A stretch of 64,000 bases of DNA from a virus, in IMG/VR virus record IMGVR_UViG_3300025313_000008, positions 24,378-88,377 of that record; one strand, written 5' to 3'. The notes beneath the pieces were generated by a model. That model saw only the letters and a list, made by a program, of their open reading frames with translations, ran no database searches and was not told the DNA's origin. A program made the position numbers and the translations under genes. This document shows, in pieces, positions 9,122 through 17,820 of the stretch; position 1 is the stretch's first letter; each line of letters opens with the position of its first letter.

Positions 9122-9870
9122 GGTGGTATCAACTCTTTTGGTGGATCACATATCTTTCTAAATGGACAATATTTACAATATTTAGTAATAACCCTATCCG
9201 GCTCTACTAATTGTTTTATTTTATCTAATCTATCTGTTACCCATAATCTAATTTCATCTACTGGCTTTAAATCAAATACAAATGGCAATGGATCTTTAAA
9301 TGAAGTCGCCTTATCCAAGTAAAGAAGAACGCCTTTTTTTGCTTGTACACCATCACAAATATAGTTCAATAGTTTATAGATATTAAGTTGATTTACATAG
9401 CTTTCATCTGGCTCTGTTAATTCTTTCTTTTCATAAGAACCGCCGTTTCTGTAGTTTATCTTTAATGATGACCATGTTTTCTTATCTGCTATAACTAATT
9501 CCCCTTCCCATTCAATCAAATCATCTGCCGTTCCTGTAACACAATCAAACAAATTATAATCATTAATATCCTTTACATCTATTGGTTTCATAGTCCTTAT
9601 ATTGGCACTAAACTTAACCTCATTTTTTCTTGATAATGGTGTTTCTCTATGTAGAAGCTGACCAACATAGAAATTAGCAATGGATTCTGCACTAAGTGGT
9701 TCTGGCTTTTCCCTAAACTCGTACCAACTCTTTCTCATACATGCCCCTGTAATATGTGAAGCATGAACTGTCCTGCTACGCTTTTCTCCACCAACTACTA
9801 ACTGTTTCTGTGTTTCTTTGAATCTTCTTATTACTTCTTCCCCTAGTCTTTTATCTTCTAATGATTCCAT
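9112..9870 (-). CDS. Cas4-like PD-(D/E)xK exonuclease with Fe-S cysteines
   Basis: ASHITGACMRK, GTADDLI, IADKKT, QLNIY and CKYCPFRKIC. The start is placed at ATG 9870 (TAATG overlap with the upstream small ORF); the ORF track starts at 9930. Confidence 0.85.
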   Translation of the reverse strand: MESLEDKRLGEEVIRRFKETQKQLVVGGEKRSRTVHASHITGACMRKSWYEFREKPEPLSAESIANFYVGQLLHRETPLSRKNEVKFSANIRTMKPIDVKDINDYNLFDCVTGTADDLIEWEGELVIADKKTWSSLKINYRNGGSYEKKELTEPDESYVNQLNIYKLLNYICDGVQAKKGVLLYLDKATSFKDPLPFVFDLKPVDEIRLWVTDRLDKIKQLVEPDRVITKYCKYCPFRKICDPPKELIPPWS

Positions 9871-10046
9871 TATGGATGCCTCCTTGGATCTGTCCATGGT
9901 ATATGATCTTCTTTCAATTTCTTTATCCATATCTTCTTTACATCTCTTTCTGGATAGTATTCAGTATGAGTCACTTCATATTCAAAACTAGGTTTACCCA
10001 CAATCAATATTTTTTTATCTTCATCTATATATATTTCAACTGTCAT
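9870..10046 (-). CDS. Hypothetical protein, 58 aa (not in track)
   Basis: MTVEIYIDEDKK...RRHP*; lies directly behind the upstream gene and its stop overlaps the next start. Confidence 0.6.
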   Translation of the reverse strand: MTVEIYIDEDKKILIVGKPSFEYEVTHTEYYPERDVKKIWIKKLKEDHIPWTDPRRHP

Positions 10047-10295
10047 TTACCATAACCCCGATTTATATTTATCATATCTATTATCCAATAAACTATATGA
10101 TACTGGATCTTTATTCCATCTTTCTGGCATTTCTGTTTCACAATCCCACCAAATATGTAAACCAGTATCTTCAGTAACTGTTCCTCCTTTCTTTAAAATT
10201 TCTTGTACTTCTGGAATAAAATCTATTAATCTATTACGACCAAAATGAACTGAACCGTCATACACATGAACATTAAATTCTCCTTCACAAACCAT
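10047..10295 (-). CDS. Hypothetical protein
   Basis: Tightly packed minus-strand ORF in an operon. Confidence 0.6.
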   Translation of the reverse strand: MVCEGEFNVHVYDGSVHFGRNRLIDFIPEVQEILKKGGTVTEDTGLHIWWDCETEMPERWNKDPVSYSLLDNRYDKYKSGLW

Positions 10296-10296
10296 A

Positions 10297-10911
10297 TTAT
10301 TTCCTCGTAATGAAGTACTCCTGCTTCTTTCCTAATAGATTCAATACAAGCCCTGTAATATAGTTAACAGTTTCATTATTGCCAAGTCTTTCTTCATATT
10401 GCACTTGCTCTCTCTTTAAGAATTCCTTAACCTTATTATCTATTAGTTTTGCTCCATTAAAGCTTTCTTGTCTTCCTATTTTCAGATATGGTTTTACCCT
10501 CTTTATGTAAAAATTCAAATTATTATATTTTTTGAACTCCCTCATTACCATGGCATGATATAACTCATCAAGTGGATCTTGATATACACTGCTTAATAAA
10601 ATTGGAGAATCAGTAACCATTACATCTACTTTACCATTAAGTCTAAATTGTCTTTTTGCCTGTTCAGTAAAGATATCCAAATCATTTCTTTGAATGTGAA
10701 GCCTTTCCTCCCATACCAAATCCTTTGCATATTCTGATACATATTCAGCATTAATATTATGGTGTTTCAATAAAGTAAACACTCCAGTTGCACATGTGCT
10801 TTTTCCAGCTCCTGCTCCTGCAAACAAATTTACACATATTGTAGGTGTTTTAGCCGTATATCTTTTTTTAATGTATTCTGCTCTTTCTTTCTTGGTCAAT
10901 CTCTTTCTCAT
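10297..10911 (-). CDS. NadR/Ttd14-type AAA (P-loop) kinase
   Basis: NLFAGAGAGKST Walker A, EYVSEYAKDLVWE and VTDSPILLS, typical of viral NadR-like AAA_28 proteins. Confidence 0.75.
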   Translation of the reverse strand: MRKRLTKKERAEYIKKRYTAKTPTICVNLFAGAGAGKSTCATGVFTLLKHHNINAEYVSEYAKDLVWEERLHIQRNDLDIFTEQAKRQFRLNGKVDVMVTDSPILLSSVYQDPLDELYHAMVMREFKKYNNLNFYIKRVKPYLKIGRQESFNGAKLIDNKVKEFLKREQVQYEERLGNNETVNYITGLVLNLLGKKQEYFITRK

Positions 10912-11183
10912 TTGTTATCCTCTCTAAATTTTTCAATCTTATGTTTTAATCCCTCTTTTTTAAGATATTCAGGGTTAACATCATACATTATTGCTCCTTT
11001 ATCATATGCCGTCCATTTTATTGCACCTTTGTGTAATTTTTCAATTCCAGCCATTACTTTTTTACACCTATGACATCTAATAAAAATCTCTTCTCCCACT
11101 TCATGTCCATTTTCCTTTACCTCTTCATTATAATCTTCTGGACTCCAATCGTGGTCTAATAAACACTTTAATCTTCCAAACAT
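10908..11183 (-). CDS. Small Cys/His protein
   Basis: CLLDHDW ... RCHRC; overlaps its neighbour. Confidence 0.55.
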   Translation of the reverse strand: MFGRLKCLLDHDWSPEDYNEEVKENGHEVGEEIFIRCHRCKKVMAGIEKLHKGAIKWTAYDKGAIMYDVNPEYLKKEGLKHKIEKFREDNK

Positions 11184-11214
11184 TGTATATCTAACATCCT
11201 ATCCCTTATATTAA

Positions 11215-13182
11215 CTAAACCAATGTAACCTCATTACTTGGTTGTTGTACTGATATTACTCCATTTTTGGTTAGTTGGCTAATATATATTCTTGCTTCTT
11301 CAGCCGATTTCCATTTGCCACTAGATACCATTTGTGTTACTATATCATCTACAAATACACAACCTTCCTCAACAATTTTCTTCATTTCATGATATAATAC
11401 TCTAAATGCTACGTCTTTTGATGTTCTACCCATATCTTTTAATAAACCTGTTTGACTAAGTTTATCTGCTTCTGCAAGCGTAAGACCAAAAGTTGCTAAT
11501 TCCTTTTTATAGAATTCAACAGCCATATCAGCATATTCTTCCGTTACCTCTTCTTGAAGATCCAGTTTTGCAAACGCCTCAGCCTTTCTTTTTGATACAA
11601 CAATTCGTCTATTATCTATCAATGAATTTTTCTTATATTTGCCTCTCTCTGAAAATGCTAATGATAATTTATATATAGCTTTTTCTGACATTGTTGGTTC
11701 TAATAATCGAGCATAATTTAAAAACTCGTTTAATTCTTCTTCGCTTAATGTATTTTCAGGTCTTTTTTCATTGGCATCGTTTAATATAAACTTGGCAAGT
11801 TCAAAATCCTTTTGTGCGTCAGGTATATCATATAATCTTATTACTATGTCAAATCTTGAAACAACCCTATCTGTTAATCCTAGATTTTCCAGTATAGATA
11901 ATCTATCGTTCCATTCTGCGAATACAGGGTTGGTACAAGCTATTATGGTTGTACTACATGGAAAGGTTGGATTTCCATATCCTGTGATCGGTCTTGAATA
12001 TTCTTCGTTTTCCATTGCAGTTAATATCATATCATAAATCACTTTATCTCCTTTTTCAAATTCATCAAGAAATACGTGTCCTCCATTATATTTTACCAAA
12101 ACTCCTGCTCCTAATGCCTTTTTACCATCTGGCGTATCAACAACACCAAAAAATAATCCAAACTTACTAGCAGATGGAATACTTGTTAAACATCCTTTAC
12201 GAGATACAGCTTTAATGAATTTTGAAGTAGAAGACTTGGCTGAACCCGGCGGACCGACTATAAGTACATGAATTCTTCCACGCTTATTTTCTGTTTTATT
12301 TCCACCAACTAATGCCAATAAAAGAGCCATTTTTTGATCACTATTGCCAGTAATGTAGTAAGCAAAACTTCTAACCAGTAAATCTCTTAATTTTCCTTCC
12401 TTAGCCAATTTTTTATATTCTTCTATTTTTTCGGGTGTTGGTAATTTATCCTTTGGTTTTTCTATGCTTGTTACGCTTACTGCATCTATTATTATTTTAC
12501 TTACTTCAGTATTCTTCATTGGTATTGATTTAAACATTCCTGTAACTCTTATGTATTCATTCATTTTAAATTGTTTTGTTTGTTCACGATGAAGCTTTAC
12601 TGTAAATGTTCTATCGTCTATATCAAGTGTTATATCTTTTCCATCTTTTACATAAATGCTTTTTATTGTTTCTGATTCTGAATTTCCTATCCTTGTTAAA
12701 CGTTCTTCACATATAGGGCATTCCGGTCTTTCTTCATAAATATCAAATGAATATTCTTGTCCATCTCTACAACCTTTACATATAAAAAGTGCTTGAATTG
12801 CTTCAGCATATTCTTGTCCAACTGAAGAAACTTGACAATCAAAAGTAATAATTTTTCTTTCATGTTCTTCTGCACTGATGTTTTGGATAGTAATATCCAC
12901 TGGTATTTCTATAAATAAATCTATTCGTTGATATTCCTTTACGGTTTTTGATATTTCACTTAATTGTTCATCATTAAAATTACATTTAATATATGCCTTT
13001 ATCAGTGCTTTTCTAATCACATTTCTAAAATTACCTTTTGTTTCGCCAAGTACATTATTTAAAAATTCATTGTCCTTTAATGATATCTTGAAAACTGTTG
13101 TAGGAGTTAACGATTCTATATCTTCTAATCTCGTTGAAAGAAAATATTCAGATAATTCTTTTTCTAGCGTTAAAACTGTCAT
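11215..13182 (-). CDS. mcm: MCM replicative helicase
   Basis: N-terminal Zn finger (CKGC..CPIC), Walker A GPPGSAKS, Walker B VFLDEFEK, arginine finger SRFD and C-terminal wHTH. ATG 13182 is preferred because it lies 24 nt below a TATA box. Confidence 0.95.
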   Translation of the reverse strand: MTVLTLEKELSEYFLSTRLEDIESLTPTTVFKISLKDNEFLNNVLGETKGNFRNVIRKALIKAYIKCNFNDEQLSEISKTVKEYQRIDLFIEIPVDITIQNISAEEHERKIITFDCQVSSVGQEYAEAIQALFICKGCRDGQEYSFDIYEERPECPICEERLTRIGNSESETIKSIYVKDGKDITLDIDDRTFTVKLHREQTKQFKMNEYIRVTGMFKSIPMKNTEVSKIIIDAVSVTSIEKPKDKLPTPEKIEEYKKLAKEGKLRDLLVRSFAYYITGNSDQKMALLLALVGGNKTENKRGRIHVLIVGPPGSAKSSTSKFIKAVSRKGCLTSIPSASKFGLFFGVVDTPDGKKALGAGVLVKYNGGHVFLDEFEKGDKVIYDMILTAMENEEYSRPITGYGNPTFPCSTTIIACTNPVFAEWNDRLSILENLGLTDRVVSRFDIVIRLYDIPDAQKDFELAKFILNDANEKRPENTLSEEELNEFLNYARLLEPTMSEKAIYKLSLAFSERGKYKKNSLIDNRRIVVSKRKAEAFAKLDLQEEVTEEYADMAVEFYKKELATFGLTLAEADKLSQTGLLKDMGRTSKDVAFRVLYHEMKKIVEEGCVFVDDIVTQMVSSGKWKSAEEARIYISQLTKNGVISVQQPSNEVTLV

Positions 13183-13205
13183 TATAGTCACTTGTATTTA
13201 ACTGT

Positions 13206-13220
13206 ATTATAAACGTTTGT
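13206..13220 (-). promoter_or_regulatory. Promoter ACAAACGTTTATAAT upstream of mcm
   Basis: Same ACAAA(C)-TTTATA architecture as 17806..17820, 33073..33087 and 59284..59299; 24 nt to ATG. Confidence 0.7.
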
Positions 13221-13251
13221 GAATTAAGTAAATTTAAAGTTAAATAAAAAT

Positions 13252-13512
13252 TTAACTTGCAATTTGTTCTGAATGATAAAGTCTTTCATGTTCTTTATTT
13301 CCCTTATCTTTTTGATAGTAACCTTCACAATAAAGACATTTTGCATATGCGTCTTTTCCTAAAAATCGTTGTTTGTCTTTGTCTCTCCAACAATTACATG
13401 GTTCACCAGTTGCTGGATCTATTGGTGGTTGTGGTATACCTGTCCATGGCTTCCATGCCAAGGTCTTATCACAATTTCTACACTTTGGAGGCTCTCGCTT
13501 CACTTGGATCAT
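13252..13512 (-). CDS. Small zinc-finger protein
   Basis: CRNC...CNC and CLYC...HERLYH. Confidence 0.6.
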   Translation of the reverse strand: MIQVKREPPKCRNCDKTLAWKPWTGIPQPPIDPATGEPCNCWRDKDKQRFLGKDAYAKCLYCEGYYQKDKGNKEHERLYHSEQIAS

Positions 13513-13987
13513 CCCATAAACCTAATGCTTTGAGTACTTCCTCCTTTGATGCCATATCTATTTCATGACTTCTTTTAGGGTTCCACAAATTTGGAAATTT
13601 ATCTGCATAAAAATCATAAACTGCCCACTTTGCCTGACCAAGGGCTTCTTTTTGATACCAATCCTTTATACCTCTTTTTTTGGAAGCTTGATGTATAGCA
13701 CCCATTAATCTAATGGCGATCTTCTCAGATGGAATAGCAATATCCAAAACACAATTTGGAGCACTTGCACCATCAATCTTTAAATTCTTTACTACATATT
13801 CTTGTTTAACTAAAGCCACTCCCAATCTATCTCTCAAAATCCTAGCACATCTAACTTGTTCTCGGCGATATTCAGTATTTCCCTGTTCGCCCATGTTTCT
13901 TAATATCCAGTTACTGTTTCCCATTTTATCACCATAAGTAAAAAATAAATTTAAGCCTTTACCCCCAACACATATGGTTTGTTCCAA
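13478..13987 (-). CDS. DUF559/Vsr-like endonuclease-fold protein
   Basis: LDIAIPSEKIAI..MG.IH ... D..QKEAL...KW.V pattern. Confidence 0.6.
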   Translation of the reverse strand: MEQTICVGGKGLNLFFTYGDKMGNSNWILRNMGEQGNTEYRREQVRCARILRDRLGVALVKQEYVVKNLKIDGASAPNCVLDIAIPSEKIAIRLMGAIHQASKKRGIKDWYQKEALGQAKWAVYDFYADKFPNLWNPKRSHEIDMASKEEVLKALGLWDDPSEARASKV

Positions 13988-14202
13988 TATGGCGATTTAC
14001 ACCTTGGGTTAGGGCAATTTTTAGGCTCAACTGTTTCAACACCAATAATCTTTCCTACATTATTTCTCTCTACAACCGCTCTTAAAAACCACTCATAGTT
14101 ACAGGTTCTGCAAGAACGTTTTGGCGTTTGTAGGTAATTAAACTTGCTCCCCATGAAAGTTGTATATACTTTACTGAATATATACTTATAGCCACTTAGC
14201 AT
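13951..14202 (-). CDS. Zinc-ribbon protein
   Basis: CRTCNYEW ... PKNCPNPRCKSPYWN, a motif common in archaeal viruses. Confidence 0.7.
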   Translation of the reverse strand: MLSGYKYIFSKVYTTFMGSKFNYLQTPKRSCRTCNYEWFLRAVVERNNVGKIIGVETVEPKNCPNPRCKSPYWNKPYVLGVKA

Positions 14203-14861
14203 TTTATGACTACTGGTTCGTTAACCAAATTGTAATTTTCATTCACTACAGAACAGTTTATAAATGTAGTATCCTTTTTCTTGAGAATTCCATATCCTTC
14301 ATGGATGTGTCCAAATATGTTATATTTTGGCTTGTTTCTTTCAATTTTTACTAGTAATAACTCATCGCCTACATGTTCGTTGGGATTAAATCCTGTTTCT
14401 GCCACTTTATCCAATATGCCTTTTGGTGGACAATGAGTTAACAATATATCTGCATTTCTTGGCATCCCTTTCCATGCTCCCTTCATGTCATATCTAGGCT
14501 TACCAAATGCAAAATAGTTATAAACTTCACTATTCCATGGCGTATAAGGCGAACCCCAAATTTTTATTCCTTCTACTTCTACAGTATTATTTAACAGATA
14601 ATAGGCATTAGTAAATATCTTATATCCAAGTGCTTTATCCTTTCCTAATGATATATCATGATTACCAGCTATTACTATCTTATATGGATGTGGTTGTTTT
14701 CCAAACCAATCATTAAGATCCATTAATACGTCTATTTCTCCCGACATTGTTAAATCCCCCGCATGTAATAATATATCACCATCTGGAACGTTTACATGAT
14801 GATGAAACCCATGTGTATCAGATAAACAAACTATCTTAGTCAATTTTGTGTACTTCCACAT
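14196..14861 (-). CDS. Calcineurin-like metallophosphoesterase (MPPED/239FB type)
   Basis: SDTHG, HAGDLT, AGNHD, THCPP and FGHIHE motifs. Confidence 0.92.
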   Translation of the reverse strand: MWKYTKLTKIVCLSDTHGFHHHVNVPDGDILLHAGDLTMSGEIDVLMDLNDWFGKQPHPYKIVIAGNHDISLGKDKALGYKIFTNAYYLLNNTVEVEGIKIWGSPYTPWNSEVYNYFAFGKPRYDMKGAWKGMPRNADILLTHCPPKGILDKVAETGFNPNEHVGDELLLVKIERNKPKYNIFGHIHEGYGILKKKDTTFINCSVVNENYNLVNEPVVIKC

Positions 14862-14908
14862 ATCCAGAGCACTTCAAACAATGAAGCACTTCGTCTTTCC
14901 ACTCTGTA

Positions 14909-16291
14909 TTACACTGTGGGCATCTTTTCATGTAAATATTTCCCCTCAAAATTCTTTATATTTGCTTTTACTAGTTCTGATAATATTATTTTTTCTTGTG
15001 ATGTATTTTGTTCAAGTGCTAATTCTCTAATATCACTCCATTTTTGTCTTAATAATTTAGGACGCGTTGAATGCTCATCCATTTCATAAACTGTTTGATA
15101 AAGTCCTTTACTAGAATAATCTACAACTAAATTACCATTCTCTTTTATAATATTAACACAGCCGGGAATTGATCTCTTAAACGGATTTGATATTGTTAGC
15201 TTCATTCTGTCTTTTCCGTTTGAATATGCAGTTTTCATGGCATGACCTAGATAATCTCTATCTAAATCATTATAATAACCAGCTCCTATTCCATAACTCA
15301 TAAATTCAAGTGGTATTCCTTTTTCCTTTAATATCTTATCATATTCTTTTACCTTTTCAAATGACATTCCTTCTCCTATTATCATTGATACATTTTTGAA
15401 CTCCCAAAACTTCACTAATCCATAAATCTGTATAGTTTGGCTTAATACATCACCTGAATCAGGTCTTAATACAACATGGACTCCTTGTTTTTCTGCGTGT
15501 TCTAATACATCTCGCATCATTTCATGAATGAAACGACTTGGATCATATGTATCAATTACAAGTGCCACTATATTGTGACCTTTTTCTTTTACTTGATCAA
15601 TAGCATGAATAAATCCTTGTTTTTCACTATCAAACTGTTGTATAGTTTTATGTGCTGTTGCTGGAATGCTTCCTAATTTTGCCGTAGGACAATGATATTG
15701 ACCATGAAAATCATCTGTTCCTGTTAAGAACATATTCCATGCTGTAGTAGCCCAATATGCGTCTTCCAATGAACGATGCCCTCTAAATCCAAAGCTATGA
15801 AATCTATGTAATGGCAATTTATTTTCTACCAAATAATTCTTCATTTCAAGTGCTCTCGTTGCACATGCACTAGGAAAATATGAATGTAAAAATATTCCTT
15901 CCCACCATGTTACTAGTTCACCAAAACCTTCATCTGTATTGGTTATTTGAGCGAATGGCGTTCCTTGTGGAACCCATGTACCATCTGGAACTGCTTCTAC
16001 TTGAAGTGGTATCCAACCATGAAGTTTATCTATAACATTCATCCACATATCAACAGGGAACTTCATACCCATTTTTCTAGCACATTCGTCTGCTTCCATA
16101 ACCATCGACTCTTGAATCTTTTGATTTAACAGATTTATAACAATTTCGTTAAATCCATATAGTATCATTGGTCTTGATCTGTTGTAAATATGTGATATTT
16201 CATAATCTTGATTTTCTTTGAGATACCAGTGACTAAGATTATAACAGTCAGTTAATACCAATGGATTAAAACGTATATCATTAATAGTCAT
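14909..16291 (-). CDS. nadV: Nicotinamide phosphoribosyltransferase (NAMPT/NadV-like)
   Basis: TDCY..SH, FGFRG, GTD (Asp as in NAMPT rather than the Ser of NAPRT GTSN), IPATAH, IDTYD and RPDSGD. Confidence 0.88.
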   Translation of the reverse strand: MTINDIRFNPLVLTDCYNLSHWYLKENQDYEISHIYNRSRPMILYGFNEIVINLLNQKIQESMVMEADECARKMGMKFPVDMWMNVIDKLHGWIPLQVEAVPDGTWVPQGTPFAQITNTDEGFGELVTWWEGIFLHSYFPSACATRALEMKNYLVENKLPLHRFHSFGFRGHRSLEDAYWATTAWNMFLTGTDDFHGQYHCPTAKLGSIPATAHKTIQQFDSEKQGFIHAIDQVKEKGHNIVALVIDTYDPSRFIHEMMRDVLEHAEKQGVHVVLRPDSGDVLSQTIQIYGLVKFWEFKNVSMIIGEGMSFEKVKEYDKILKEKGIPLEFMSYGIGAGYYNDLDRDYLGHAMKTAYSNGKDRMKLTISNPFKRSIPGCVNIIKENGNLVVDYSSKGLYQTVYEMDEHSTRPKLLRQKWSDIRELALEQNTSQEKIILSELVKANIKNFEGKYLHEKMPTV

Positions 16292-16535
16292 TTGCTGGTC
16301 TTCCTATATGTAGTCCTTGTTTAGCTAATACTTGAACAATTTGTGGTTCTATACCTGAACCTACTTCCAATCTTATCAACATTTCCATGTAGTCTTGTCC
16401 TTTAATTTCTTTTGCCCTTACATACATAATATCTCCTATCTTGGAACCGCCAAAATATACTGAAGCGTCTATTGAAACAGAACCAGAAGTATTTGTTATT
16501 ACTTCTTTCTTCTTTTTGCCGAATATTTTAACCAA
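16281..16535 (-). CDS. Hypothetical protein
   Basis: Overlapping operon ORF. Confidence 0.55.
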   Translation of the reverse strand: MVKIFGKKKKEVITNTSGSVSIDASVYFGGSKIGDIMYVRAKEIKGQDYMEMLIRLEVGSGIEPQIVQVLAKQGLHIGRPANDY

Positions 16536-16782
16536 AGTGTTGACCCGCTTTATCGTTTTTATTAGTTTGTTTACTAATTCTAATCTTTTCTAACGCTTCA
16601 AGTGCTATTTTCATCAAATCTGGAACGTCTTTGTCCTTGCTTTTGACTGTCACATTTGCGTTTCTGTTGTATTCACTTGTACTATCATTAAGAGAAATAT
16701 TTACTTCATTTCTTGCGTTTATTTCTTCTTCGTCATCGGTTTTTTCTATATTAACATGAACTTCGTCGTCTCCTTCTCCCAT
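16528..16782 (-). CDS. Hypothetical protein
   Basis: Overlapping operon ORF. Confidence 0.55.
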   Translation of the reverse strand: MGEGDDEVHVNIEKTDDEEEINARNEVNISLNDSTSEYNRNANVTVKSKDKDVPDLMKIALEALEKIRISKQTNKNDKAGQHFG

Positions 16783-17040
16783 TTATTTCTCCTCCTTTTT
16801 TTCTTTTTGTACGAAATTTAAGTTTTTTAATTCAACTGGCGGAAGTCCTGCTTCTTTCATACCATTGACATATTGTAGTGTTTTTTTTATTGCCATTTCT
16901 ATTGCAAGATCCTCGTCATTAGATTGATATTTGAATCCTAATTGCCATCTTCCGGTTGCATTTTGATGATGTTCAACCTTTATCCTATACTCATTGAAAA
17001 AATTATGGATTTCTCCACGTTGAGTTTGATTTCCACTCAT
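16783..17040 (-). CDS. Hypothetical protein
   Basis: Abutting operon ORF with ATGA coupling upstream. Confidence 0.55.
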   Translation of the reverse strand: MSGNQTQRGEIHNFFNEYRIKVEHHQNATGRWQLGFKYQSNDEDLAIEMAIKKTLQYVNGMKEAGLPPVELKNLNFVQKEKKEEK

Positions 17041-17201
17041 TCGTCAACACCTATTAATTTGAATAGTGTAAAACCATTTTCTTCTAATGCTTCTTTCACT
17101 CGCCTATCAAATGCCACTTGTTCATAGTATGGCACATTTGCCTTAGTACGTACTTTCCATTCCCCATTTTTGTTTTGTCGTAAATCTATACTATACTTCA
17201 T
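17037..17201 (-). CDS. Hypothetical protein, 54 aa (not in track)
   Basis: MKYSIDLRQNKNGEWKV...GVDE*; ATGA overlap with the next gene. Confidence 0.55.
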   Translation of the reverse strand: MKYSIDLRQNKNGEWKVRTKANVPYYEQVAFDRRVKEALEENGFTLFKLIGVDE

Positions 17202-17625
17202 CTAATACCACGTACTTTTGATCTTTATCTTTCTTCTCTATATTAATGATTCGATTCTCAGTTGGACATTCGGGGTTCTTTGTAAAGTCATCTAATTTTC
17301 TTATACTCCATTCTGCTCCACCTTCCCCACATTGTGGTTCTATTAGTTTTACTAGAATAGCATTGAATTCAAATCCTTTGCAGTTTCTCCAATCTTTGAA
17401 TATTTTTACATGGGTCCCAGATTTAAAAACTGTTTCCTTTAGTCTTTCCTTATATGTAACATTTCTTGGTTTTGATCTTAATCTGTATCCGCAACATGGA
17501 CACCATAATCCTTCCCAATTCATATAAAGTTCACAAATCTGACATCGTCTTTGTCCAGAAGCATATCTTCCTATGCCTCTTGGTTTTGATGCTTTATGTC
17601 TTACACAAACGCCTTTACAAGTCAT
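17191..17625 (-). CDS. Thaumarchaeote-type Cys-rich zinc-binding protein with C-terminal extension
   Basis: MTCKGVCVRHKA.KP.G.GRYASGQRRCQICE....GLWCPCCGYRLRSKPRN closely resembles, from memory, a conserved small Nitrosopumilus/Nitrososphaera hypothetical protein. Confidence 0.7.
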   Translation of the reverse strand: MTCKGVCVRHKASKPRGIGRYASGQRRCQICELYMNWEGLWCPCCGYRLRSKPRNVTYKERLKETVFKSGTHVKIFKDWRNCKGFEFNAILVKLIEPQCGEGGAEWSIRKLDDFTKNPECPTENRIINIEKKDKDQKYVVLDEV

Positions 17626-17628
17626 GAT

Positions 17629-17781
17629 TTATTTCTCCAAATCCTCTAAATAATACTTAGCCGTTATTAAATCAGCTTCAGATTTAGTTTGATATGTTGT
17701 TTTTCTGTCAAAGTTTTGTTCTGATATTGCTAGATTAGAGTATATTTCCGCACTTTTTAAATAATATTCTATACGCTTCAT
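17629..17781 (-). CDS. Hypothetical protein, 50 aa (not in track); first gene of the NAMPT-containing operon
   Basis: MKRIEYYLKSAE...LEK*; ATG 25 nt below a TATA box. Confidence 0.55.
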   Translation of the reverse strand: MKRIEYYLKSAEIYSNLAISEQNFDRKTTYQTKSEADLITAKYYLEDLEK

Positions 17782-17791
17782 TAACAAGTCC

Positions 17792-17820
17792 TATATACCC
17801 TAGTGTATATAAACGTTTGT
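17792..17820 (-). promoter_or_regulatory. TATA promoter with overlapping palindromic operator TATATAC-N6-GTATATA
   Basis: Matches 33059..33087 at 22 of 23 non-spacer positions. Confidence 0.75.

Noticed and set aside
9112-9930. Cas4-like gene as evidence of a CRISPR-Cas locus
   Set aside because: No cas1/cas2 and no repeat-spacer array seen; solo Cas4-like nucleases are common in archaeal viruses.
13237-13258. Inverted repeat AAGTTAAAT-N4-ATTTAACTT upstream of mcm as a replication origin
   Set aside because: A 9-bp AT-rich stem overlapping a stop codon and T-tract; plausible by chance or as a terminator, with no iterons or ORB-like repeats nearby.
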